In this document: piece by piece, positions 35,369-44,698 of the stretch | Position numbering within the stretch: position 1 is the stretch's first letter | How the letters are laid out: the number at the start of each line of letters is the position of its first letter | Assembly: GCA_030537595.1 (NCBI GenBank) | Contig: JAUNVR010000001.1 | Span: 13,232 to 77,231 of the forward strand | Direction: 5' to 3' | Origin: Eubacteriales bacterium | GTDB lineage: Bacteria; Bacillota; Clostridia; Saccharofermentanales; DTU023 | DNA: 64,000 nt | Notes under the pieces: model-generated | The model's input: only the letters and a program-made list of their open reading frames with translations | The model's database searches: none | Told to the model about the DNA's origin: nothing | Position numbers and translations under genes: made by a program

Positions 35369-36532
35369 TTGAATACCAAACGTATTGTCTCTTATCGAGA
35401 TGTATTTACCTATGCCGGAGCATTTATTGCCCTACTGATTGGATCCGGCTTCGCAACCGGGCAGGAAATCATGCAATATTTTGCGGCCTGGGGTTTTTGG
35501 GGCATGGCTGGAGCAGTCGTCTGCTTTGCCTTGCTGGCTTATGTCGGAGTGGTCTTTATTAGCTGCGGTTATCACCGTGAGTTTGAAAAGCCAAACGATA
35601 TTTACAAGTACTTTTGTGGTCCCTACCTCGGTACCTTCTACGATTACTTTTCAATTCTCTTTATCTACATGTCCTACATCGTAATGGTTGGTGGAGCTAG
35701 CGCCACCGGTGCTCAGCACTACCATTGGCCGAATTGGCTGGGCGGTGCGCTTTTGGCCGGGCTGGCAATGCTGACCGTAGTTTTTGGCCTCAAGAGAATT
35801 GTCGATGTCATCGGTAAAATCGGGCCGGCCATCGTCGTCCTCTCAATTATCGTGGCAGTCGGCGCACTCTGGATTCACCGCGGTGGAATCAGCACAGCTG
35901 ACAGCTATGTCAAAGCTCTGCGCGCAGCCGGTGAAATCAAGGTTGCTTCGACCAACTGGCTACTCGCAGTCGGCAGTTACGTCGGCTTCTGTATGCTCTG
36001 GCTGGCAGCCTTCCTCGGCCAAGTCGGTCGTGGGGCGCGCTCGCACCGTGACGGTCGGGCCGGAGCAATCCTCGGCGCTGGTGGCTTCTCCCTAGCTGTT
36101 ATTCTGATGTCTCTGGCCATCCTCTTTGCCATGCCTTCAATCGAGGGCCTAAATCACAGCCAGATCCCGAACCTGATTTTGGCCGGGGAAATTGCCCCCT
36201 GGTTAGCCAATGTCTTCTCGGTGGTCATTCTCTTGGGAATTTACACGACAGCAGTGCCCCTGCTTTGGAACGTGATCGCTCGCTTCGCCGAAGATCGGAC
36301 GAAAAAATTCACAATTATCACTGCAGTACTCGGAGTCATTGGTGCAGTGATTGGCATTTTCCTCGAGTTTGACGTGCTGGTGAACTATGTCTACGTGCTG
36401 AATGGTTACGTCGGTTTAGCTTTGCTCTGCATTTTATTTTTGCGTACAATATTAGGCAAGCATAAAGAATTAAGAGAAGGTGCTCCGGTCAAAAAGTTTT
36501 CCGACGGAACGGAGATCCTTCCTGAAGAATAG
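35369..36532 (+). CDS. YkvI-family membrane transporter-like protein
   Basis: 387 aa with about 11 hydrophobic helices. N-terminal ..FTYAGAFIALLIGSGFATGQEIMQYF.. matches the YkvI family signature. TTG start after GAAAGAGGTG. Confidence 0.65.
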   Translation: MNTKRIVSYRDVFTYAGAFIALLIGSGFATGQEIMQYFAAWGFWGMAGAVVCFALLAYVGVVFISCGYHREFEKPNDIYKYFCGPYLGTFYDYFSILFIYMSYIVMVGGASATGAQHYHWPNWLGGALLAGLAMLTVVFGLKRIVDVIGKIGPAIVVLSIIVAVGALWIHRGGISTADSYVKALRAAGEIKVASTNWLLAVGSYVGFCMLWLAAFLGQVGRGARSHRDGRAGAILGAGGFSLAVILMSLAILFAMPSIEGLNHSQIPNLILAGEIAPWLANVFSVVILLGIYTTAVPLLWNVIARFAEDRTKKFTIITAVLGVIGAVIGIFLEFDVLVNYVYVLNGYVGLALLCILFLRTILGKHKELREGAPVKKFSDGTEILPEE

Positions 36533-36547
36533 AGCAAAGGGAGCGAG

Positions 36548-37429
36548 ATGAAAGAGCGTAAAAATCAACTACCGGCAGAATGTGGAATCTTCGAGCGCAT
36601 TGATGCGCTGTATTTTGACCTGACCAAGACGGAAAAAAGACTGGCCTCGTACCTTGCGAAGCACCGGTCTGAGCCCCAGTATATGTCAATTTCGGAACTG
36701 GCCCAGGCCTCTGAAGTTGCCGAAGCGACAATTTCTAGATTCTGTCGGAAGCTTGGTTTGAAAGGCTTTAACTCATTTAAACTGGAACTGGCAAAGGCCG
36801 CCTTTGCCAGACAGTTAAACTCAGCTGAAGCAGAGGGTGTTGAGACAGGTGGCGCAGACGATGTCGCAAGTCTCGCTCAGACTTTGGGCCAAGCCCATGT
36901 CGAAGCAATTTGGCAAACTCGCGAATTCATCGTCGAGGCCGACTACCAGAAGGCGGTGGAACTTTTACAGGCCGCCCGCCATGTCTACTGCATGGGCCTA
37001 GGTGGCTCGCACGTTCTAGCCTACGAGGCCTTTAGCCTCTTTACTACGGTTGATCCGAAATTCTCTGTCTTGAACGACCCGCATATGCAAAGTTACATGA
37101 CGGCGAACTTTGATGAGCAGGATTTAATTCTCTACTTCTCCTACTCAGGGGCAACTAAAGATTTACTGGAGCTTTTTGCCCTAGCGCAGAAGCGGCAGGT
37201 AAAAATTATTTTAATCTCACGCTATCCGAATTCGCCCGGGGCAAAGTATGCCGACCTAACCCTCCAATGCGGCTCGAATGAGAGCGCCTTAAAGAGCGGT
37301 TCGGTCTCGGCCAGGATTGCCCAGTTAATGGTCATAGATATCCTCTTCGAGCTCTATATTAAAGCGGATAGTAAAACCTTGGCAGCCAGGGAGCGCGCCA
37401 TGGATGCCCTCAGCGATAAGATGCTCTAA
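36548..37429 (+). CDS. RpiR/MurR-family transcriptional regulator (HTH plus SIS domain)
   Basis: ..MSISELAQASEVAEATISRFCRKLGLKGFNSFK.. HTH, and a C-terminal SIS domain (..CMGLGGSHVLA.., ..YFSYSGATKD..). Confidence 0.85.
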   Translation: MKERKNQLPAECGIFERIDALYFDLTKTEKRLASYLAKHRSEPQYMSISELAQASEVAEATISRFCRKLGLKGFNSFKLELAKAAFARQLNSAEAEGVETGGADDVASLAQTLGQAHVEAIWQTREFIVEADYQKAVELLQAARHVYCMGLGGSHVLAYEAFSLFTTVDPKFSVLNDPHMQSYMTANFDEQDLILYFSYSGATKDLLELFALAQKRQVKIILISRYPNSPGAKYADLTLQCGSNESALKSGSVSARIAQLMVIDILFELYIKADSKTLAARERAMDALSDKML

Positions 37430-37437
37430 AAGTTAAA

Positions 37438-39306
37438 TTACTCTTCTTCAGAGCTGCCTTGGAAAGCCATGGCCTTGACATCGCCTAAGTTTTCTAAGGG
37501 AGTTTGTTTGAAGCCATCTTCTGCCGTCTCGGTTAAAGCAGACTTGCTGACCGGCGGCAGTTGGTATTTTTTCTTGTATTTTTGGTAGCGCTCATAGAAG
37601 TTATAGGCTCCGGACTTAATCTCTTGCAGATACTGGTGCGTGTCGAGGCCGTGGTGTTGAATCTCCACGATGCCCGCAGCAATATTCGAGCAGTGGTCAG
37701 CAACCCTTTCGAGGCCGGTCAGAATATCCGAGAAGATAAAGCCCATCTCAATCGTACAAGCTCCGTAGCGCAGACGCTCTACGTGGCGCACCTTGAGCTC
37801 ATCACTCATCCCGTCAATTCGTTCCTCTAAAGGCTCGATTTCCGAGGCCAGTTCAATATCCTCTTCAGCGAAGACATTGTAAGTTAGATGACAGATCTCT
37901 TGGACTGCACCCAGGTAGACTGCTAATTCCTCCTTCGCCGCTGCGCTAAAGCAGATCTTTTTCTCGTGCATTTCGCGGGCCGAGTAGGCGATTGAGACGG
38001 CGTGGTCGGAGATCCGTTCAAAGTCCGAGATTGAATAAAGAATATTCGAGGCCGTGTTGGAGTCCTTCTGACTCAGCTCCCGCTCAGTCAATTTAACCAA
38101 GTACGACCCCAGCTTATCTTCATAGCGGTCGGCCTTCTGCTCGAGGCGGATAATCTCCGCTTCCTTCTTCGCATCATAGTCAATCAGGATGTCAATCGAG
38201 GAGGCCAGGGCTTCAATACAAAACTCAGCCATCTGATTGGCCACATTCTTAGCCTGGCGCATGGCAAAGCCGGGACGGTTTAAGAAGAGCGGATCGAGGG
38301 CTTTCAAATCCTCATCGACAAAGCTCTCGTCCTCGTCGCCGGGCACCGAGAGGACGGCCATTTTGACCAGGGGCGGGATAAAGTGAATCAGCACCGCCGT
38401 GGCCAGGAGGTTGACTGTAGTGTGGATAACCGCAATCCCGACAAAGCTTGCAGTGTCGTCGAGGGGGAAGTCCCAGAAGAGCTGGATAAAGCTAAAGAAG
38501 AGAGCGAAAATCACGGCCGAGAGAATCTTAATATAAAGGTGGGCGACCGCGGTACGCTTAGCATTGCGGCTGGTGCCAATCGCTGAAAGCAAGGCAGTGA
38601 CCGTAGTGCCGATATTGAGACCTAAAATAATCGGAATGGCAATCCGGTAAGAGACATGTCCGGTTGCAGAAAGAGCCTGCAATATACCGATTGAAGCCGA
38701 AGAGGACTGAATCACAACAGTCAACGCAATACCGGCCAAAAAACCAATTAAAGGATGTTCAAAGGCGATAAATAAATTCTGGAAACTGGGAATGGCGGTC
38801 AGGGGCTTCATCGTGCTCGACATCGTTTCCATACCAATCATCAAGAGGGCGAAGCCAAAGACGGTCGAGCCGATATCCTTTTTCCGCTGGGCCTTAGAGC
38901 TCATAATCAGGAAGATTGAAAGGAAGGCTAAGATTGGGGCAAAAGATGAGGGTTTTAAAAGTTTAAGAAAGAGATTGTCGCTCGACAGTCCGGCCAAAGA
39001 GAAAATCCAGGCGGTGACCGTAGTTCCGACGTTCGCACCCATGATTACGCCGAGGGCTTCGTTCATCTTCATGATTCCGGAATTGACTAAGCCGACGACC
39101 ATGACGGAAGTTCCGGATGAGGATTGAATTGCGGCTGTGATACCTGCGCCGAGGAGCACACAGGCCCACTTATTTCTGGTCAGGTTAGCGAGGGTTTGCT
39201 CCAAGCGCCCCCCGGCCATCTTATTCAGCCCCTCGCCCATCAGATTCATCCCGTAGATGAACATGGCAAGGCCGCCCAAAAGCGGTAAAAAAGCTAGCAC
39301 ATCCAT
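37438..39306 (-). CDS. Na/Pi cotransporter family protein with C-terminal PhoU-like repeats
   Basis: ..FIYGMNLMGEGL.., ..QSSSGTSVMVVGL.. and ..QSSSASIGILQAL.. repeats of the NptA/YjbB family. ATG 39306 follows AAAGGAGAG. The longer ORF-track start lacks an RBS. Confidence 0.85.
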   Translation of the reverse strand: MDVLAFLPLLGGLAMFIYGMNLMGEGLNKMAGGRLEQTLANLTRNKWACVLLGAGITAAIQSSSGTSVMVVGLVNSGIMKMNEALGVIMGANVGTTVTAWIFSLAGLSSDNLFLKLLKPSSFAPILAFLSIFLIMSSKAQRKKDIGSTVFGFALLMIGMETMSSTMKPLTAIPSFQNLFIAFEHPLIGFLAGIALTVVIQSSSASIGILQALSATGHVSYRIAIPIILGLNIGTTVTALLSAIGTSRNAKRTAVAHLYIKILSAVIFALFFSFIQLFWDFPLDDTASFVGIAVIHTTVNLLATAVLIHFIPPLVKMAVLSVPGDEDESFVDEDLKALDPLFLNRPGFAMRQAKNVANQMAEFCIEALASSIDILIDYDAKKEAEIIRLEQKADRYEDKLGSYLVKLTERELSQKDSNTASNILYSISDFERISDHAVSIAYSAREMHEKKICFSAAAKEELAVYLGAVQEICHLTYNVFAEEDIELASEIEPLEERIDGMSDELKVRHVERLRYGACTIEMGFIFSDILTGLERVADHCSNIAAGIVEIQHHGLDTHQYLQEIKSGAYNFYERYQKYKKKYQLPPVSKSALTETAEDGFKQTPLENLGDVKAMAFQGSSEEE

Positions 39307-39550
39307 GTCAGATATGACTCTCCTTTGCTCCATGAGACGAGCGGGCAAAGCCGCTCGAGTCCAGGGGGCTAATCCGCCCCAGTCTCGTCTAGTATAATTT
39401 AGATCCCCAAGTAATTTCCACTAAAATTCAGAAATAAAAGTTTTTTGCACGATTTAGCTATTAGGCTTAGAATAAATAGGCTAAGTTTTTGCACTTCGCT
39501 AAAAGTCGTTAGTAAAAGCTTAGAGGCCTAGATAAGAGTGAGGGAGAAAC

Positions 39551-40942
39551 ATGACGAAAACTTACGACGTCTTAATCATCGGGGCCGGTCCTTCCGGGAT
39601 TTTTGCCGGCTTCGAGTTGGCGCGACTGAGGCCAGATTTGAAGCTCGCAATCTTGGAAGAAGGCGAGGCTATATCTCGCCGGACCTGTCCGATAGTCGCC
39701 GGGAAGGTAGACCACTGTGTGCACTGCCCGATTTGCCATATCATGCATGGTTTTGGTGGGGCAGGAGCCTTCTCCGACGGTAAATTTAATTTCACAACCG
39801 AATATGGTGGCTGGCTTAATGATTATTTAAGTGAGCAGGAAGTTTTGGACCTGATTGACGAGGTTGATGCGATCAATCGCGCCTATGGCGCTACTGATGA
39901 GATTTTCTCATCGAAGTCGGAAGCCGCAGAGCGGATTCGCCTAGCAGCACTCTCGCACGACATTCATTTATTAGATGGTCGCTGTAAGCACCTGGGCACT
40001 GAGAATAACTTGGAAATTCTGGGCAAGCAGATGGCCGCCCTGGAGCGAGAAGTCGAGATTTACACGCGCTGTAAGGTCTATAGCATTCAGGACTGTGCCG
40101 GAGGCTATCATCTGGAAACCCAGTGTGGAGACTTTGAAGCTCCCTATTTAATTGCGGCTCCCGGCCGTGCCGGTGCGGAATGGTTCGCCAAGGAATGTGA
40201 GCGCCTGGGCTTAAAGCTCTTAAACAACCAGGTCGACCTCGGGGTGCGAGTTGAACTACCGGCCCTAACCTTTAAGCATATTACCGATGCGATGTATGAA
40301 GCCAAGCTAAAATATCGCACGAAACCTTATAATGATCAGGTTCGTACCTTCTGTATGAACCCCTATGGTCATGTCGTTACAGAAAATACGGACGGCGTCA
40401 TCACGGTTAACGGACACTCCTATTCGGATCCCGAGCTGCAAAGTGAGAACACGAACTTTGCCCTCCTGGTTTCGAATTCTTTCACCCAGCCCTTTAGTGA
40501 GCCTTATCGCTATGGTAAGCATATCGCTTCACTGTCTAATATGCTGGGCGGAGGAATTATCGTGCAGCGTTTCGGTGATTTGGTGGCCGGCCGTAGAACG
40601 AACGAGCACCGCTTGAAGCAGAGCTTTACGGTGCCCACCTTAAATGCCACTCCGGGCGACCTTTCATTGGTTTTACCGAAGCGTCACCTCGATAATATTA
40701 TCGATACGATCAATGCCTTGGACAAATTAGCCCCGGGCACAGCAAACTACGATACCCTGCTCTACGGGGTTGAAGTTAAGTTCTATTCATCACGCCTGGA
40801 ACTGAGCTCGGAATTGGAAACTGGGATGCGCAATTTCTTTGCCATCGGAGACGGGGCGGGGATCACCCGCGGCCTATCCCAGGCCGGTGCTTCAGGCATC
40901 CATGTGGCGAGGGTAATCGACTCCCGCATGCAGAAGGCATAA
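39551..40942 (+). CDS. FAD-dependent oxidoreductase of the COG2509 type (uncharacterised flavoprotein)
   Basis: YDVLIIGAGPSGIFAG dinucleotide fold, Cys cluster CPIVAGKVDHCVHCPIC, GFGGAGAFSDGKF. Confidence 0.7.
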   Translation: MTKTYDVLIIGAGPSGIFAGFELARLRPDLKLAILEEGEAISRRTCPIVAGKVDHCVHCPICHIMHGFGGAGAFSDGKFNFTTEYGGWLNDYLSEQEVLDLIDEVDAINRAYGATDEIFSSKSEAAERIRLAALSHDIHLLDGRCKHLGTENNLEILGKQMAALEREVEIYTRCKVYSIQDCAGGYHLETQCGDFEAPYLIAAPGRAGAEWFAKECERLGLKLLNNQVDLGVRVELPALTFKHITDAMYEAKLKYRTKPYNDQVRTFCMNPYGHVVTENTDGVITVNGHSYSDPELQSENTNFALLVSNSFTQPFSEPYRYGKHIASLSNMLGGGIIVQRFGDLVAGRRTNEHRLKQSFTVPTLNATPGDLSLVLPKRHLDNIIDTINALDKLAPGTANYDTLLYGVEVKFYSSRLELSSELETGMRNFFAIGDGAGITRGLSQAGASGIHVARVIDSRMQKA

Positions 40943-40998
40943 TTATAGCCCTAAGCTGAGCCCTAAGGTTCGGCTTTTATTCAGAAAGGAAAAGCAAG

Positions 40999-42795
40999 AT
41001 GACTGCTAACGAAAGATTGCAAGCACTGCGTCAAGTAATGAGAGAGAAGAAGATCGATGCTTATCTGGTCCAGAGTTCGGACTACCACCAGAGTGAGTAT
41101 CTTGCCCCGCACTTTGCGGAACGGGCCTGGTTGACAGGCTTTACCGGTTCAGCCGGGTTGGCGATAGTGACTGCAGATGAGGCCCTAGTCTGGGCCGATG
41201 GCCGCTATACGATTCAGGCTAAACAGCAGTTAGAAGGCAGCGATTTTAAAGCGATGCCCTGGGGTAGTGGCCCAGGCATGATTAGCCCCCAGGAGTGGCT
41301 GAGAGATAATCTTCCCGATCATTCCAGCTTTGGCTACTACGGTGCCTATATGTCACCTGCAATGTTTGCAAACTGGGAGCAGGCACTAAAGGGTAAAGAG
41401 ATTAAATTTGTCGAGTCAGAAGACCTAGTTGGTGCAATCTGGGCTGAGCGCCCGGCGATCCCTGAAAGCCAGGGCTTTATTCTCGGGCCGGAATACAGCG
41501 GCAAGGCTGCACATGAAAAACTAGCCGAGCTGCGCTCTGAGCTCAAGGCCAAAGGCGCTAGCCACACAGTTTTAGCTAGCCTCGATGACATTGCCTGGCT
41601 CTTTAACCTGCGTGGTCGCGACATCGAGTCCAACCCAGTGCTCTTTGCCTATGCAATGATTACTCCAGAAACAGCCACCCTCTATACCAGCGAGCGGAAA
41701 TTATCTGAGGAGCTAAAAGCGAAGCTGGCCAAAGAAGGCATCGATTTTAAAGCCTATGAAGCGATTTTCGATGAGCTCAAAGGCCTGCCGGCTGATGCAG
41801 TGGTCTTTTATGATCCCGAGCGCTTTAACCGGAAGCTCTACTTAGCCCTGCCGGAAGCAGTTAAAACAATCTCTGGAACGAATATTACAACAGAGTTTAA
41901 GGCGATTAAAAACTCGGTCGAAGAAGCAAAACAGCGTGAGGCCTATCGGATTGATGCCCTGGCTTTGACCCGTTTCATGTACTGGTTACATCAAGAAATC
42001 GAAGTCGCTAAAAAGGAAATTAATGAGTGGGAAGCTTCAGAGCGACTCTTAGCCTTTAGAGAGCAAGCTGAATCCTTTATTGAGCCCTCCTTTACCACAA
42101 TTTCGGCCTACGGCCCAAATGCAGCAATGATGCACTATGGCCCGAGCCCGGAAAAATCTGCCGTGATTAAGCCCGAGGGGCTCTACCTCTTTGACTCCGG
42201 CGGACAGTACTATGAGGGTACGACCGACATCACCAGAACGCAGCAGATGGGACCTTTAACTGAGGAGATGAAGCTGGCTTACACCTACACCTTAAAATCC
42301 TCATTGACCCTCTTAATGGGGCGTTTCCTAGCTGGGGCGACCGGCTCTAAACTCGACGCCATCGCCCGTTACCCGCTCTGGCAAATCGGATCAGACTATA
42401 AGTGTGGTACCGGTCACGGCGTTGGCTTCTGCCTGAACGTCCACGAGGGACCGCAGCGCCTAGGTTTTGCACCTAACTCAGTTGCCTTGAAGCCCGGCAT
42501 GGTCGTCACAGTCGAGCCCGGCGTCTATAAGGAAGGCAAGTTTGGGATCAGAATCGAAAACGTCGTAATTGTCAAAGAAGAGCTGAATAATGACTCTGGT
42601 CAGTTCCTCAAACTCGATGCTCTGAACTACATTCCGATGGACACCCGTCCGGTCTTAGTCGAGCATTTAACAGATGCTGAAATCGAATGGGTCAACGCCT
42701 ATCAGCAGCGGAGCTACGAGGAATTAAAAGAGCAGTTAAGCCCAGCTGAAGCTGAGTGGTTAAAGGATTTCTGTGCACCGCTAAGTCGGGTATAA
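40999..42795 (+). CDS. pepP: Xaa-Pro aminopeptidase (M24B, three-domain aminopeptidase P type)
   Basis: 598 aa. ..DSGGQYYEGTTDITRT.., ..GHGVGFCLNVHEGP.. and ..VEPGVY..GIRIEN.. metal-ligand motifs. Confidence 0.9.
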   Translation: MTANERLQALRQVMREKKIDAYLVQSSDYHQSEYLAPHFAERAWLTGFTGSAGLAIVTADEALVWADGRYTIQAKQQLEGSDFKAMPWGSGPGMISPQEWLRDNLPDHSSFGYYGAYMSPAMFANWEQALKGKEIKFVESEDLVGAIWAERPAIPESQGFILGPEYSGKAAHEKLAELRSELKAKGASHTVLASLDDIAWLFNLRGRDIESNPVLFAYAMITPETATLYTSERKLSEELKAKLAKEGIDFKAYEAIFDELKGLPADAVVFYDPERFNRKLYLALPEAVKTISGTNITTEFKAIKNSVEEAKQREAYRIDALALTRFMYWLHQEIEVAKKEINEWEASERLLAFREQAESFIEPSFTTISAYGPNAAMMHYGPSPEKSAVIKPEGLYLFDSGGQYYEGTTDITRTQQMGPLTEEMKLAYTYTLKSSLTLLMGRFLAGATGSKLDAIARYPLWQIGSDYKCGTGHGVGFCLNVHEGPQRLGFAPNSVALKPGMVVTVEPGVYKEGKFGIRIENVVIVKEELNNDSGQFLKLDALNYIPMDTRPVLVEHLTDAEIEWVNAYQQRSYEELKEQLSPAEAEWLKDFCAPLSRV

Positions 42796-42876
42796 AAGCT
42801 CTTTTTAGAGTGCCTCTTTAGGGCTGTATTCGCTGCTGGAATACTGCTATGATGAGGTCAGTAAGTAGAAGTGAAA

Positions 42877-42907
42877 TTTAGCGGGGCGGAAGTTCCGCCC
42901 CACTAAA
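42877..42907 (+). terminator. GC-rich palindromic hairpin downstream of pepP (terminator candidate without a U-run)
   Basis: tttagcggggcgga-agt-tccgccccactaaa, a 14-bp stem with one mismatch. No T-tract on either side. Confidence 0.3.
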
Positions 42908-42989
42908 TATAGAATTATTGTTGAAATACCAAGTAAGCAGTGAATAGACTGGCAAAGCATCAAAACTTGGACTTTCTGTAGGAGGAAAG

Positions 42990-43946
42990 ATGAAAGAGAA
43001 AATTCTCGTCACAGGGGCCCTCGGCCAAATCGGTACAGAGTTGGTAATGCTATTAAGAAAGCTATACGGGGCTGAGCGGGTTGTCGCTACAGACCTAGAG
43101 CGCAAGGACCTGCCGCAGGTTACTGAAGGCGGTCCCTTCGAAATCCTCGACGTGACTGATAAGCAGGCTATGGGTGAATTAATCGCGCGCGAAAAAATTG
43201 GCACAGTCTATCATTTGGCAGCGATTCTTTCGGCAGTCGGTGAGCATCGTCCGCAGCTCGCCTGGGCAGTTAATATGGGCGGTCTTTACAATGCCCTAGA
43301 ACTAGCCAGAGAGCAGAACTTTGCCCTCTTTACTCCGTCCTCGATCGCCTGCTTTGGACCTTCGACCCCGGCCGATCAGACGCCGCAGGAAACGATCCAG
43401 CGGCCGAACACGATCTACGGGGTGACTAAGGTTGCCGGAGAACTGCTTTGCGACTACTATCACGAGCGCTTTAATGTGGATACACGCGGTGTCCGCTTAC
43501 CCGGGCTGATTTCCCATGAAGCCCTGCCCGGCGGAGGCACCACCGACTACGCGGTGCATATTTACTACGATGCGATTAAGAAGAATAGCTACAGTTCCTA
43601 CATTGCTGCCGGTACATATATGGATATGATGTACATGGACGATGCCTTAAAGGCCTTTGTGGAACTGATGGAGGCCGATCCGGCTAAGCTGATTCACCGC
43701 AACGCCTTTAATATCGCGGCCATGTCGGTCGATCCGGAAATGATTGCAGAATCAATCCGCAAATTCAGACCGGACTTTGTCCTCGAATACGATGTCGACC
43801 CCGAGCGCCAGGCAATTGCCGAATCGTGGCCGAATAGTCTGGATGACAGTGCAGCCCGTGCAGAGTGGGGCTGGTCTCCTGACTACGACCTCGATCGCAT
43901 GACTGAAACCATGCTGCGGGAGTTGGAGAAAAAACTCGCAAAATAG
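42990..43946 (+). CDS. NAD-dependent epimerase/dehydratase-fold protein, L-threonine 3-dehydrogenase-like (extended SDR)
   Basis: ILVTGALGQIGTEL Rossmann motif and YGVTK catalytic YxxxK. About 318 aa, like the UDP-galactose-4-epimerase-like TDH family. Confidence 0.7.
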   Translation: MKEKILVTGALGQIGTELVMLLRKLYGAERVVATDLERKDLPQVTEGGPFEILDVTDKQAMGELIAREKIGTVYHLAAILSAVGEHRPQLAWAVNMGGLYNALELAREQNFALFTPSSIACFGPSTPADQTPQETIQRPNTIYGVTKVAGELLCDYYHERFNVDTRGVRLPGLISHEALPGGGTTDYAVHIYYDAIKKNSYSSYIAAGTYMDMMYMDDALKAFVELMEADPAKLIHRNAFNIAAMSVDPEMIAESIRKFRPDFVLEYDVDPERQAIAESWPNSLDDSAARAEWGWSPDYDLDRMTETMLRELEKKLAK

Positions 43947-43993
43947 GCTGGCTGGAGTCGACATAACCGCCGCAAATTTTCGGAGGTATTACT

Positions 43994-44698
43994 ATGTCCA
44001 GCTACATTGACGTCAGATCCATCGCCAAGGTATACACCATGGGCGAAGTTGAGATAAAAGCCATAGACAAGCTCAGCTTTCAAATTAATGAGGGCGAGTT
44101 TGTGGTCGTGGTCGGAGCTTCAGGTGCCGGTAAAACCACCCTCTTAAACCTAATTGGAGGCATGGACACAATTAGTTCCGGCGAGATTATCGTAGATGGA
44201 CGGAACCTGGGCAAAGCGAATCGGAAAGAACTTACAGACTACCGCCGCAATGATGTCGGCTTTGTCTTCCAATTTTATAATCTAGTGCAGAATCTGACCG
44301 TGCTCGAAAATGTCGAGCTGGCAGCTCAGATTTGCAAGAATCCGCACCCCGCAATCGAGATGATTGAGGCGGTCGGTTTAAGTCAGCGCCTGGATAATTT
44401 CCCGGCGCAGCTTTCAGGTGGGGAGCAACAGCGCGTAGCGATTGCCAGAGCCTTGGCTAAAAATCCGAAGCTCTTACTCTGTGATGAGCCGACCGGTGCC
44501 CTGGACTATGAGACGGGCAAAAGGATTCTAGATCTCTTACAACAGCAGGCGAGAGAAGAGGGGATGACCACGATGCTGATTACGCACAATGCGGTGATTG
44601 CCGGCATTGCTGATCGGGTCATCAGGATGCGTTCGGGAAAAATTTCCGAAGACTACTACAATGAGCGGCCGAAGACGGTCGCGGAACTTGAATGGTAG
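43994..44698 (+). CDS. MacB/LolD-type ABC transporter ATP-binding protein
   Basis: [12 protein letters not shown] Walker [15 protein letters not shown] and [12 protein letters not shown] motifs. Overlaps the permease start by 7 nt. Confidence 0.9.
   Translation: MSSYIDVRSIAKVYTMGEVEIKAIDKLSFQINEGEFVVVVGASGAGKTTLLNLIGGMDTISSGEIIVDGRNLGKANRKELTDYRRNDVGFVFQFYNLVQNLTVLENVELAAQICKNPHPAIEMIEAVGLSQRLDNFPAQLSGGEQQRVAIARALAKNPKLLLCDEPTGALDYETGKRILDLLQQQAREEGMTTMLITHNAVIAGIADRVIRMRSGKISEDYYNERPKTVAELEW

Noticed and set aside
39477-39494. A sigma-54-like element, aGGCtaagttttTTGCAc, with correct -24/-12 spacing upstream of the COG2509 flavoprotein gene. An 11-mer, agtttttgcac, is also repeated 45 nt upstream.
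   Set aside because: The -24 box matches only in GGC, no enhancer-binding protein gene is nearby, and AT-rich spacers produce TTGCA by chance. It is worth a look only if the genome encodes RpoN.
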